A stretch of 64,000 nt of DNA, taken from Candidatus Bathyarchaeota archaeon (GTDB lineage Archaea; Thermoproteota; Bathyarchaeia; 40CM-2-53-6). Both the position numbers and the translations under genes were made by a program. Of this stretch, positions 54,946 to 64,000 are shown piece after piece. Below the pieces are notes generated by a model that was not told the origin of the DNA, did not search any database, and was given only the letters and a program-made list of their open reading frames with translations. The stretch lies in assembly GCA_963726255.1 (NCBI GenBank), contig CAVSBL010000002.1, positions 1,376,001 to 1,440,000 of the forward strand, written 5' to 3'. Each line of letters begins with the position of its first letter. The stretch's first letter is position 1.

Positions 54946-55980
54946 TCACCGCAAAGGTCTCATGAGAACCTCGCCAGGCGTTTTTCGAGGGGTAGGCTTG
55001 ACATTCCGCCCGTAGCCTAGCCGAAGGAGGAGTTGCGGGAACCCCTTCACGCCTAACGTATCACGAAGCTTAGCAAGCAGCTCAGGGACTTCAATCGGCT
55101 GATTCAGAAAGGACGCCCAGACGTCGTCAGCGCAAGCCCGTAACAATACCCTTTCCAAGGCTTGACCCCCCGACAACCAACCCTCTATGGTATTGGCATC
55201 TGTTCCGAGCACTGCCAAGACGGGGGATCCGGTGGCGAGCTGCCGATCTTTCGCAGCCTGCCCCTCGCCGAAGTCGAATGTTCGGACGACAATAGGCGCC
55301 AAGTTTGAAGTTAGCCCTTCTATACCCAGGGCGTAGCCGGGCATGCCATCATGGCTGACGGTACGATTGCGATGCATCCAGGCGGCCAATTCACGGCGAA
55401 AACTCGGGTTAGCCATTTGAATACGGTCACCTTCAGCGACTAAGTCAGCAACTTTGTTGCGGTCATTTTCATCAAGCACGAAATGAAGCCACGCACCTTC
55501 TTTGCTAGCAGCGGCTTCCAGCTCTGAGAGAACTTTTTCGGGAATATTCCGTGGCTCAAAGGGCATCCGGTTTGTGCGGCGTTGGGTTATTGCTTGGAAC
55601 AGCAAATCATCCTCAGCGGTCGGCTTTTTCCTCTTCCCAAAACTGACGCGTGCCAGCAGGTCGGGCTCAGCCTTCTTCGGGAGGGTTCTCACTTTACTTG
55701 CATAACCAAAATGGTGAAGAGCAATACGCAGGTTTAGAAGTGATGCCCCACAGGCCATAATTAATTCCCGATCCTCAGGGTCACAAACAGGTAAGGCCCG
55801 CCTGCGATCGGCATGTAACTCAACTTCGTCCCCGACGATCTTGAACAGCCAGGGTTGCGAATTATGCCCCGATGGTGCCAGGATGGCATAGTTCAGGAGG
55901 TATCGCAGCTTGTCGGAAGGCTTCCCTCTCTTCGGATACGGTCTCTCGGAAATTTCCCAAGGGTCCCATAACTCGGACAT
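54946..55980 (-). CDS. Acg-family FMN-binding nitroreductase-like protein
   Basis: APSGHNSQPW, DP..REL...CGA, RRTNR, LNQP.E, PQLLLRLGY, TPR. Confidence 0.88.
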   Translation of the reverse strand: MSELWDPWEISERPYPKRGKPSDKLRYLLNYAILAPSGHNSQPWLFKIVGDEVELHADRRRALPVCDPEDRELIMACGASLLNLRIALHHFGYASKVRTLPKKAEPDLLARVSFGKRKKPTAEDDLLFQAITQRRTNRMPFEPRNIPEKVLSELEAAASKEGAWLHFVLDENDRNKVADLVAEGDRIQMANPSFRRELAAWMHRNRTVSHDGMPGYALGIEGLTSNLAPIVVRTFDFGEGQAAKDRQLATGSPVLAVLGTDANTIEGWLSGGQALERVLLRACADDVWASFLNQPIEVPELLAKLRDTLGVKGFPQLLLRLGYGRNVKPTPRKTPGEVLMRPLR

Positions 55981-56107
55981 TTCAGAACGCCCCTGACTTC
56001 CGAAGACCCGGAGACCCCCAGCTATTAAGAGGATTGCCTAATTTTCTGGCCAGAACACCAAAAGTCTGTTAACGCGGGTCAACAAGTTTCGGTTTTGATG
56101 GCTCAGC

Positions 56108-57547
56108 ATGAAGGAGTACGATGTCATCGCGATAGGCACGGGTTCGCCAATGTACGTTCTCGAAGGGATGATCCAAAGGAACCCGAACATCAGGGTCGCC
56201 GTCATAGACAAAGACGAAGCTGGTGGCATATGCCTCACACGTGGGTGCATCCCCTCTAAGATTCTACTCTACCCTGCAGAAGTAGTTCGGACGATTCAAC
56301 GGGCCAGTACTTTTGCGATCGAGGTTGACTTGAAGAAAGTGAATTTCGCGAAGGTAATGAAGCGTATGCGAACGCTGATCGATAAAGACGTAGAATCAAT
56401 AAGGCAAGGTCTTTCCAGTTCACAGAACATCGACTACTTCCACGCCACCGCAGAATTTACCGGGCCGTACACACTGAAAGTTCAGGATGAAACGATCAGG
56501 TCGAAGATGATTCTCCTATCGACGGGTTCACAGACGATCATCCCACCAATCGATGGCTTAGAGGATACGGGTTACCTCACTAGCGACACAATCCTCTACG
56601 AGACCAAACTGCCTGGAAGCGTCGCTATCGTGGGTGGCGGTTACATCGCGGCCGAATATGGCCACTTCCTATCCGCGATGGGTTCGAAAGTCACAATAGT
56701 CGGCAGAAACCGGCAGTTCCTCCCACAAGAAGAACCTGAGGTATCCGCACTTGCGAAAGAAGAGCTGGGAAAGCACATGACAATTCTAACAAATCATGAG
56801 GCCACGCAAACGCGGAAGACACCTAGTGGCAAGAAGCAACTCCTAGCGGTCGATAGAGAAACGGGGCGGAAAAAACCGATTCTCGCTGACGAAATAATGA
56901 TCGCGACGGGACGGGGGCCTGGCACGGAGATCTTACGTCCTGATCGTGCTGGAATCAAGACTGACGCGAAGGGGTGGATTGTGGTCGACGAATTCTTGCA
57001 AACGACGTCCCCAAACGTCTGGGCGTTCGGCGACGCGAACGGCAAATACCTTTTCAAACATAAAGCCAACTACGATGCCGAAGTAGTCTATTACAACGCC
57101 GTTCTGGGTAGGAAGGTCCCCTACGACTACCATGCCGTTCCACACGCTGTCTTCACAGACCCTGAAATCGCAAGCGTCGGGCTGAGAGAGAAAGAGGCGC
57201 TGGAGCGCTTTGGCTCGGACAGGATTATGATCGGCTTTGAACGGTATGAAGATACCGCCAAGGGAGAAGCTATGGCTCTGAAGAACTACTTCGTGAAGGT
57301 GATCTTGGAAACGGACACCTTCCGGATTCTGGGCGCTCACATCATCGGCCCAGAGGCATCCGTTCTGATTCAAGAGATAATTAATCTCATGTACACGCCG
57401 GAACAGAGCGCGCGCCCCCTGATGGTTGCAATGCACATACACCCCGCGCTGAGCGAGGTAGTTCAGCGAGCCTTCGGATCGTTAATGACACCTGAACAAT
57501 ACCACCACCAGCTAAGCCACATGATGACCGACGAAGAACATCACTGA
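56108..57547 (+). CDS. Class I pyridine nucleotide-disulfide oxidoreductase (dihydrolipoyl dehydrogenase/mycothione reductase-like)
   Basis: GGICLTRGCIPSK, GGGYIAAE, GD, HPALSE. Confidence 0.88.
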   Translation: MKEYDVIAIGTGSPMYVLEGMIQRNPNIRVAVIDKDEAGGICLTRGCIPSKILLYPAEVVRTIQRASTFAIEVDLKKVNFAKVMKRMRTLIDKDVESIRQGLSSSQNIDYFHATAEFTGPYTLKVQDETIRSKMILLSTGSQTIIPPIDGLEDTGYLTSDTILYETKLPGSVAIVGGGYIAAEYGHFLSAMGSKVTIVGRNRQFLPQEEPEVSALAKEELGKHMTILTNHEATQTRKTPSGKKQLLAVDRETGRKKPILADEIMIATGRGPGTEILRPDRAGIKTDAKGWIVVDEFLQTTSPNVWAFGDANGKYLFKHKANYDAEVVYYNAVLGRKVPYDYHAVPHAVFTDPEIASVGLREKEALERFGSDRIMIGFERYEDTAKGEAMALKNYFVKVILETDTFRILGAHIIGPEASVLIQEIINLMYTPEQSARPLMVAMHIHPALSEVVQRAFGSLMTPEQYHHQLSHMMTDEEHH

Positions 57548-57803
57548 AACGTATTTCCTTAAGCCACGATGGAGTCCTTCGCTTTTGGGTTGGGATTCAC
57601 ATTGTTCACTCTAGCCTCAATCATGTCTGCCCGATAGAGTCAATCGAACAGCGAAAATGAGAGAACAGGATGTACAGTCACGACAGAAATCAGGAACGCC
57701 ACCATTAATGCGCCCAAGGCTGGAGTCATTGAGACGACACTTCTCGAGGCCCTTTCACCTGTAACCTTGTTTAGATGATACCATTCGAGGGAGGATTCTT
57801 GCA

Positions 57804-58220
57804 ATGATTAGGGTTGTTCGATTCGAGGAATCCGTGGCGGACAGTATTCTCAGCTGTGCCCTTGACGCGTACCCTAATGAGGCGATTCTTCTCTTGCGCG
57901 GTAAGGTAGGTAAAGATGAGATACTCATCAATGACGTTTTGATTCCACCTCTCGCTACACATGGACGGGGATTCTCCAATTTCCGGAGCATCATGCTTCC
58001 AATGGACCTGAGTGTGATGGGAGTCGCACATTCGCATCCCTCCGGTTCGCTTCGACCTTCAATCCATGACTTGAACCATTTCTACGGGAGGATCATGGTA
58101 ATCACAGCTTACCCATACCAATCCTACCGTGATATCGGAGTCTTCAACAGCCACGGTGACAGACTCTTACATGAAGTAGTGCCGGACCATAAGCAGCCAA
58201 GCGATGACTTGACTTATTGA
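57804..58220 (+). CDS. JAB1/MPN (JAMM) metalloprotease
   Basis: YPNE...HSHPSG...PS..D. Confidence 0.88.
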   Translation: MIRVVRFEESVADSILSCALDAYPNEAILLLRGKVGKDEILINDVLIPPLATHGRGFSNFRSIMLPMDLSVMGVAHSHPSGSLRPSIHDLNHFYGRIMVITAYPYQSYRDIGVFNSHGDRLLHEVVPDHKQPSDDLTY

Positions 58221-58577
58221 ACGCTGCACTCGCAACTATCGTAGGCCGGCTACTTGGAATCTACATGTCAAGATAATATCTATGCTACCCGGATGGGGAA
58301 GCTTGTTACTCCTATCATTAGTCCCAAAGCAGAGTTTCGCGTACGCCTTTGAGCTGATCTGTTTCCCAATACTATCACAGTTATGCATTACGCCTGTTGC
58401 TGGAGGATCAGAATTCCGAAGTATACGGCTAGACCCACGTAGAGAACTAGCTCTAATTGGTCAGGGAGGAGATAACCCAGTGAAACTCCCTTGGCGGCTA
58501 CCCACTCCAACGCATCCCTAATCATCAAAATCGTCCTCGACACAGCTACTCAAATCCATCAGCGCAACATCAAGTCT

Positions 58578-58754
58578 TCAGGCTTGACCTGTTCCCTCTC
58601 CTCGGTAGTGAGGACTTAGGTCGTGTTTTCCGCAGTAGTGTCCCTTCAATCGCAATTTTGTGCTGAATCTTCTTTCGCAAAGTAGACACCTGTAGATGCC
58701 GATGATGGGTAGGGAAGTTGCTTTCCGTTCATCGAGTTGGAATATCTGACTCAA
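58578..58754 (-). CDS. 58-aa classical C2H2 zinc-finger micro-protein
   Basis: Not in ORF track. TTG start; MSQIFQLDERKATSLPIIGIYRCLLCERRFSTKLRLKGHYCGKHDLSPHYRGEGTGQA matches Y-x-C-x2-C-x3-F-x5-L-x2-H-x4-H; TTATAT upstream. Confidence 0.72.
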   Translation of the reverse strand: MSQIFQLDERKATSLPIIGIYRCLLCERRFSTKLRLKGHYCGKHDLSPHYRGEGTGQA

Positions 58755-58972
58755 TTTCTGCGCCTTTGACTACGCCATGCAGTTGGGTTGAATATAATCA
58801 GGATTCACCTTCGGTGTACACCATTAACCGCATTGGGTTGGATAGTACGCTTATCGTTTTCCCAAGACATCAGCGCTAATTCATTTCGGCATGTTGATAA
58901 TCAACTGGCCTTCCATGCGGAGTAAGTATCCTCACTATATTCGAGTGACTGTAACTGACAGAGTCGAACCCA

Positions 58973-59245
58973 TTGGCCGAGAAGAAGCCCACGCAACCTG
59001 GCAGAAAATCCCCAGTGCAAATAAGGTTCGAGATTCTAGAGTTTCTCTTCTATAATGCTGGGCCTCATTCTAGGACATCCCTTTGGCGTCACGCTACTCA
59101 GCTTTCATACGATGACTTCCAACGCTATCTAGAATACTTGAGAACTAAGGGTTTCATCGAAGAATCGGAAGGGGAAATTCGACTGTCTGCGGAGGGAAGA
59201 GATGTTTACGTTAAGCTCAAAGAAACGCTTCCGTCGATTTTGTGA
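58973..59245 (+). CDS. Small winged-HTH protein (archaeal HTH_45-like)
   Basis: RKS...I..EIL...T.L...LSY....YL..L...GFI......L...GR. Confidence 0.75.
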   Translation: MAEKKPTQPGRKSPVQIRFEILEFLFYNAGPHSRTSLWRHATQLSYDDFQRYLEYLRTKGFIEESEGEIRLSAEGRDVYVKLKETLPSIL

Positions 59246-59308
59246 GAGACAATACACCAATGGTGAGTTATGCCTATACCTTCCCAGTTCGGTACGGAAT
59301 AGTCAGCG

Positions 59309-59683
59309 ATGTCAGACAATAGCGAAGAATACCCAGTCACTGGACTTCACGCATTCTTGCGAGAAGCCTCAGATGAGTTCCGAAGATTCCGTTTTCAGGC
59401 TAAAGTCAATCTCATAGGCTCGATCATTCTGCTTCTCTTTCTTTCACGCTTTCTCATTTTCGCAGTTGGAAGGTACGGACCTACACCGTTTAGAGCCCCC
59501 GAGGTGGAGTATGAACCGCATTTCGAATTCCTGGACTTCTTTCTCTTATTGGCCTCGCTAGCTGCTGTGTTGTGGTCTCTGTATGTGTGGATTGGGCAAC
59601 GACGATTTGTTTCACGGTGGGGGGAGAGATTTGAGAGACTCGACGCTTTGGAAAAACGATTCCTCCCCGACGATTCCTCCTAG
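59309..59683 (+). CDS. Hypothetical 2-TM membrane protein
   Basis: Clean ORF with two hydrophobic segments. Confidence 0.6.
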   Translation: MSDNSEEYPVTGLHAFLREASDEFRRFRFQAKVNLIGSIILLLFLSRFLIFAVGRYGPTPFRAPEVEYEPHFEFLDFFLLLASLAAVLWSLYVWIGQRRFVSRWGERFERLDALEKRFLPDDSS

Positions 59684-59843
59684 CGTAAACACCACAAGTT
59701 GACTACGAACCTCCGTCGCCTGACTTGCGGGCCGGGACTAAGCGACTGTAGGAGATGAAGCGCCAAATGCACCTCTGGTGCGCACCAGAAATGGCGTCTG
59801 CTTAAATGATACTCGCCGCGTGGATGCCCAGTGTGAAGCAGTT

Positions 59844-60629
59844 ATGGAACCAGCCGTACACCGCACTTCGGTGAACCCGGCTCTATCAATAGGCCTGCTG
59901 TGGCCACTACGAATCTTCATGGGCTTTACGTTTCTTTATGCGGGCCTCCAGCACCTGACGGACCCTTCCTATTTCGACCCGTCGAAATCAGGCTATATCG
60001 GGCATTTAATATCGCAATATGCGGTTGGTTCACCAATTCACGATTTCCTTCTTGGCGTTGTTGCTCCGAACGCGGCTACCTTCGGCTACGTTGTCGCCAT
60101 GGGAGAATCGTTGATTGGAGTAGCTGTTCTACTTGGTTTTCTGTTCAGATTCGCCGCATTCGCCGGCTTGATTCTGAATTTCACATTCTTTCTGTCCGCC
60201 ACTTGGGGTGCGTTTCCGTTCTATTTTGGTTCCGATATCGTTTTCGTGATGTGCTGGTTGACGCTGCTATTGACTGGGCCACAGGGACAAAGCGTAGATG
60301 GAGCGTTGGCGACGCGGTTTCATTCTCTCGGTTGGCTGGTAGTTAGGCCCGTTCAGGTGAGCGCGGTCGCAGCTCCGGCAAGTGCACAGACAAGTGGGAC
60401 TCCGGTTCCCCTTGCGAGAAGAGCGAGCCTGTATCCGAAACAGGTGCTTGAGGTGAATAAGGCATTTGACCGAATCAAACAGCAGTTCGTTTCGCATCGC
60501 GAGACGGTGACGATACTTGAGTTTGTTCGCGCATTCGTGATCAGCTTAGGCGTGGACCGTGCTGATACGCCGAGGCTCTTGAATGGAATTCAGGCTCTTA
60601 TCAACCGCAAAGGAGTTGATGGCCCTTGA
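59844..60629 (+). CDS. DoxX / thiosulfate:quinone oxidoreductase small subunit (DoxD)-like membrane protein
   Basis: PLRIFMGFTFLYAGLQHL.DP, GE..IG...LLG...R.AA..G, PFYFGSD. Confidence 0.8.
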   Translation: MEPAVHRTSVNPALSIGLLWPLRIFMGFTFLYAGLQHLTDPSYFDPSKSGYIGHLISQYAVGSPIHDFLLGVVAPNAATFGYVVAMGESLIGVAVLLGFLFRFAAFAGLILNFTFFLSATWGAFPFYFGSDIVFVMCWLTLLLTGPQGQSVDGALATRFHSLGWLVVRPVQVSAVAAPASAQTSGTPVPLARRASLYPKQVLEVNKAFDRIKQQFVSHRETVTILEFVRAFVISLGVDRADTPRLLNGIQALINRKGVDGP

Positions 60630-61261
60630 CGACGGAGGAGGTAAATCAGACCGCGGAGCGGCTGGTGGAAAAATATAGTATGCAAGTTCCAAAGGAAATT
60701 GCAGACTCAGTTTTCATTGGCCGGCCGAGAGTTCCGGTGTTACTTGCCCGTGCATCTTTTCGGCCTGACGTTGATGTTCGGACGGAGCAGCGGACGCAGT
60801 TTCAACGAGAGCGTAGAAACTTCCTTCACACAATGCTCGGACTTGCAGCGGTCTCCGTCACTGGGTTATTCTTGTTGAAGATCGCCTCTGCCCCCAGCTC
60901 CCAGCCCCTGCCGACCACATACGCGTCAAACGCCGCTGCCACCCATAGCGGTCAACTGCTTGCAAATGCCGCGAATATCCCCCCGAACCAGTCATTAACC
61001 TTCAATGACCCAGCCGTAGGCCCAATAGTTCTAATTCACCTAGACAATGGGCAATTTGTCACTTACAGTTCCATTTGCACTCACGCTGGATGCCAGGTTC
61101 AGTTTGACCCCTCGGCGAAGGATTTGGCCTGCCCCTGCCATGGTGCAGTATATGACCCGTACAACAATGCGCAAGTGTTGGCGGGACCAGCACCCTATCC
61201 GCTGCAAAAAATCCAAATACAATACGACTCGTCAACAGGCAACATCTACTTGACTGGTTGA
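60626..61261 (+). CDS. Membrane-anchored Rieske [2Fe-2S] protein
   Basis: RRNFL Tat-like motif plus TM; CTHAGC...CPCHG; GPAPYPL. Confidence 0.9.
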   Translation: MTTEEVNQTAERLVEKYSMQVPKEIADSVFIGRPRVPVLLARASFRPDVDVRTEQRTQFQRERRNFLHTMLGLAAVSVTGLFLLKIASAPSSQPLPTTYASNAAATHSGQLLANAANIPPNQSLTFNDPAVGPIVLIHLDNGQFVTYSSICTHAGCQVQFDPSAKDLACPCHGAVYDPYNNAQVLAGPAPYPLQKIQIQYDSSTGNIYLTG

Positions 61262-61510
61262 AGTGGAATATGGAACCGCCGTGAGGAATTCTCAGGGAAT
61301 CAACCTTCTCCATTTCATGAGATTGTGATTAGCACGCTTCGAGAACTCAGTCAAAGCTGCCGGTGACGGCCTCGGTGGTTTTTCGGTAAAGTCTCTTTTG
61401 AAAAGACGTAGCTCGATCCGTGGCGATCGGTAGCCAATCTAAGCTAGGAGATGATTCATCCATTACCATTATATGCTAACTACACGCCGTCGTTCCATTT
61501 ATCGGCGCAC

Positions 61511-61699
61511 ATGGAGAAGACAGATTCATTGAAACTGAACGTCCATCTCAGGCCAAAGTCGATTGCTGACGCGACAGTGAACTGGTTACTGGCTAACGCG
61601 AGGTCGTTCAGTTACCTATTGCCCGATAGCTTAGAGCTAGGGCTTTATCTTGGCCTTGCGGCATATTTCGCATTCCAAATGGCTCAACAGCAAGCGTAG
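61511..61699 (+). CDS. Possible small membrane protein
   Basis: ORF with a C-terminal hydrophobic helix; no recognisable family. Confidence 0.3.
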   Translation: MEKTDSLKLNVHLRPKSIADATVNWLLANARSFSYLLPDSLELGLYLGLAAYFAFQMAQQQA

Positions 61700-61992
61700 G
61701 CGACTGTTGAGGTCGCTAAAGACTTGAGTAAAGAGAAAAAGTCCACAAGGAAACAAGACAGAGTTCACAATCGAGCTCTGGTGTTGACAACAATCGACCT
61801 GACAAATGGCTTGGAGGGCGAACGCTCTTGGTTTTCCTTTGCAGAACTTGGCCGATGGTGAACGGTGCAGAGAACAGATGCGGATAATTCAAAAACGCAC
61901 AATGGGCTTCATGGTCCGTGTGAATCGCATTCCTCGTACGGACCACGTCTCCTAATAGTCAGCCCGTCCGTTATGTCTACGTAGTGTAGAGT

Positions 61993-63147
61993 CTGAAAGC
62001 CATTCTCGTAGAGTGCCTTACTCCGGACACCAAACCGCGAATGAATGAATTAAGTGATATTGCGAAGACTGCCGGTTACGACGTAGTCGGACAAGTTACG
62101 CAACAACGGGACGCGGTAGATGGAGCGTTTTGTGTTGGCAAAGGAAAGATAGACGAGATCGCGAAGCTTGTTCGAAAGGACCCAGTTGATGCGGTGGTTT
62201 TTACTCGACAACTTTCCGCAGGTCAGGTGTTCAGGATCAAGAAGAAGCTTGGTGAGGAGGTCCGGGTTCTAGACAGGAATCTGCTCATCCTGGAAGTGTT
62301 TGATAAACGCGGTGCCACAGCCGAGGCTAAGCTCCAGGTATCGTTGGCGAGGTTACGGTACACGTTCTCTTGGGGTAGGGAATCGATACGCATGCGCGGA
62401 ATCGTCAGCGAACAAATGGGACGAGGAGGCCCCGGCCGTTACCCGTACGAGTCATACGAAGCCATGTCCCGCAAGCGTATTAGCAAGATCGAGGGCGAAC
62501 TCCGGGAAATAAGGTCGAAACAGTCCCGCCTCCGAACGCACCGAGGAAAAGCAGGTTTCCGGATCGTGGCTTTGACGGGTTACACGCAGAGCGGAAAGAC
62601 GACATTGTTCAACAGGTTGGCGTCTGAATCAAAAGAAGTGGGCTTGGGACCATTCACGACATTATCCAGCTTTGCACGAAAGATTCCCATGGAATCGGGG
62701 TCCCCGTTCATTATGGTCGACTCAATCGGATTTATCGAGGAATTGAACCCGTTACTCCTAAACGCGTTTCGTACTACGTTGAGTGAACTCGCAAATTCAG
62801 ACCTAGTTCTCTTGTTCGTTGACGGTAGCGATGATATTGAAACGGTGATCAGAAAGACATCGGCATCTCATGAGGCCATGCAGAAGGAAGTCCCTGGAGT
62901 TCCAATTCTCGTCTGCGTCAATAAGATAGATATCGCAACACGTGAACACTTGGACAAGGTCCTGAAGGAAGTTCGCAGAATATTCGAAACAGAGGAGATA
63001 ATCGAGATCAGCTCCAAAACAGGGGCTAATGAATCTGACCTCCTCAGCAAGATTGGAAAAAGACTAGCTACCACCCACCCGATTCTCAAGCACGAGTTGA
63101 CGCAAACGACCCTTTCACGAAAGAACCGAATGTATCCTAGACTGTGA
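61993..63147 (+). CDS. hflX: GTPase HflX family
   Basis: G.GK..E, DR..LILE.F, EAKLQV.LA.L.Y, GYTQSGKT, FTTL, DSIG, NKID; probable CTG start giving MKAILVE. Confidence 0.88.
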   Translation: MKAILVECLTPDTKPRMNELSDIAKTAGYDVVGQVTQQRDAVDGAFCVGKGKIDEIAKLVRKDPVDAVVFTRQLSAGQVFRIKKKLGEEVRVLDRNLLILEVFDKRGATAEAKLQVSLARLRYTFSWGRESIRMRGIVSEQMGRGGPGRYPYESYEAMSRKRISKIEGELREIRSKQSRLRTHRGKAGFRIVALTGYTQSGKTTLFNRLASESKEVGLGPFTTLSSFARKIPMESGSPFIMVDSIGFIEELNPLLLNAFRTTLSELANSDLVLLFVDGSDDIETVIRKTSASHEAMQKEVPGVPILVCVNKIDIATREHLDKVLKEVRRIFETEEIIEISSKTGANESDLLSKIGKRLATTHPILKHELTQTTLSRKNRMYPRL

Positions 63148-63175
63148 ATCCGCGCACGTCATCGGGTTGCAGGGT

Positions 63176-63418
63176 TCAGTATTGTTGCAGGTTCTGTATC
63201 TTACGTGAGGTTAGGTTCACCGTTACGGTGAAGAAGAATTTTCTGTCTTCGTTTCTTATTCTATAGCTGCCGGTAACTCCGACATCGCCCATTGCGTCAG
63301 GAGACATCTGGCCTTCAATTGCAAAGTCGTCGAGAGCCGAGCCAACTTTGGATTCTAAGTAGTTCTTGATTAGCTGATACAATTCGCTCGGAGGTGTTTT
63401 GGTTTCCAAATATTCCAC
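63176..63418 (-). CDS. Hypothetical protein
   Basis: Clean 80-aa ORF filling the space between hflX and the TRAM gene. Confidence 0.55.
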   Translation of the reverse strand: MEYLETKTPPSELYQLIKNYLESKVGSALDDFAIEGQMSPDAMGDVGVTGSYRIRNEDRKFFFTVTVNLTSRKIQNLQQY

Positions 63419-63482
63419 CTCGATTCCGTGTAAGGTTGAACTTTAAAAAAATAGGGATTCGGGAGAGATCCTCCCAGAAGTT

Positions 63483-63689
63483 CTATTGGACGACTTCGCC
63501 TATGGCGAATCGTGGACCAACGGAGTTGATCTTAACCTTCACGTGGTCGCCAGGTTTGGTTTGGGGAATGAAGACTACGAAGCCTTCGATCCTAGCGACT
63601 CCGTCACCGCGACGGCTCGTCTCCTTGATGTCAAGTTCGTATTCTTTACCTTCCTCAACTGGCTTGTTGAAGGAACGTTCAAAGCTCAT
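63483..63689 (-). CDS. Single TRAM-domain RNA chaperone (archaeal cold-shock-like)
   Basis: KPVEEG..Y...I...SRRGDGVARIEGFVVF.P..KPGD; SD GAGGTGA. Confidence 0.93.
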   Translation of the reverse strand: MSFERSFNKPVEEGKEYELDIKETSRRGDGVARIEGFVVFIPQTKPGDHVKVKINSVGPRFAIGEVVQ

Positions 63690-63932
63690 GCATTTCACCT
63701 CATTCGGTTTCGTTCAGCTAGTTCTTCGGGAGAAAACAAGGACGCCAACGCGGATGGTTACGGAAGGACGTTCGCTTCAGCCCGTATACCTAACTGACGA
63801 ACACAGTAGACCCGAGGCTAATAACCCTGCTTGTTGCGGCTTTCGTGTGAGTCTTTCTCGGAAAAAAGAAACAGATGTAGCGAGCCATCTTCGCTGTATA
63901 GCTTTCTTGTAGAAGTAGGGTTGGGCTGTTCC

Positions 63933-64000
63933 TCAGCGCGCCTTCTCGCGAACCTCGAAATAGTGTCGGTATCCTTTCGCGTCCTCCTCGTAATCGTACT
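63933..64000 (-). CDS. 3' end of an unidentified gene entering from the right edge
   Basis: ...YDYEEDAKGYRHYFEVREKAR-stop(63933). Confidence 0.45.
   Translation of the reverse strand, partial: YDYEEDAKGYRHYFEVREKAR

Noticed and set aside
57560-57760. Short hydrophobic reading-frame pieces resembling transporter fragments
   Set aside because: Too short and on both strands; no assignable family
61716-61946. 76-aa minus-strand ORF upstream of hflX
   Set aside because: No motifs or convincing start context
1-64000. CRISPR arrays, IS elements, integrases, rRNA, selenocysteine read-through in hdrA/mvhD
   Set aside because: No periodic repeats, transposase/integrase motifs or rRNA-like tracts seen; the hdrA and mvhD-like ORFs have no in-frame TGA at Cys positions

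Overview
Archaeal chromosomal window with no rRNA, intact tRNA, CRISPR or transposase detected. Unsplit RpoB and fused RpoA'/A'' point to a non-Crenarchaeal TACK lineage (Bathyarchaeia/Aig-/Thaum-/Korarchaeota-like; inference). 1-22 kb is a thiol/sulfur/metal redox region. It holds ArsR, PDO, TlpA, VKOR, MenG, a P3A H+-ATPase, tetraether synthase Tes, and a dsrE-tusA-mvhD'-hdrA-hdrA-wHTH-qmoC-like operon, which lacks hdrB/aprAB and is divergent from an ArsR. 22-32 kb has acyl-CoA dehydrogenase plus an atypical 4-hydroxybutyryl-CoA-dehydratase homolog, Rieske-sufS-sufU, SOD and ALDH7. 32-41 kb is the rpoH-rpoB-rpoA-L30e-nusA operon. 42-50 kb is a BarR/Grp-type Lrp with beta-alanine catabolic genes, interrupted by a three-gene cassette of a divergent enolase, a LarA-family racemase and a divergent MOFRL kinase. 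50-64 kb is mixed and includes a DoxD-Rieske pair and an uncalled 58-aa classical C2H2 zinc-finger gene. The best candidates for undescribed systems are (i) the sulfur-carrier-coupled Qmo/Hdr-like complex and (ii) the racemase-kinase-enolase 2-hydroxy-acid pathway. All calls come from motif recognition by eye; no searches were run.
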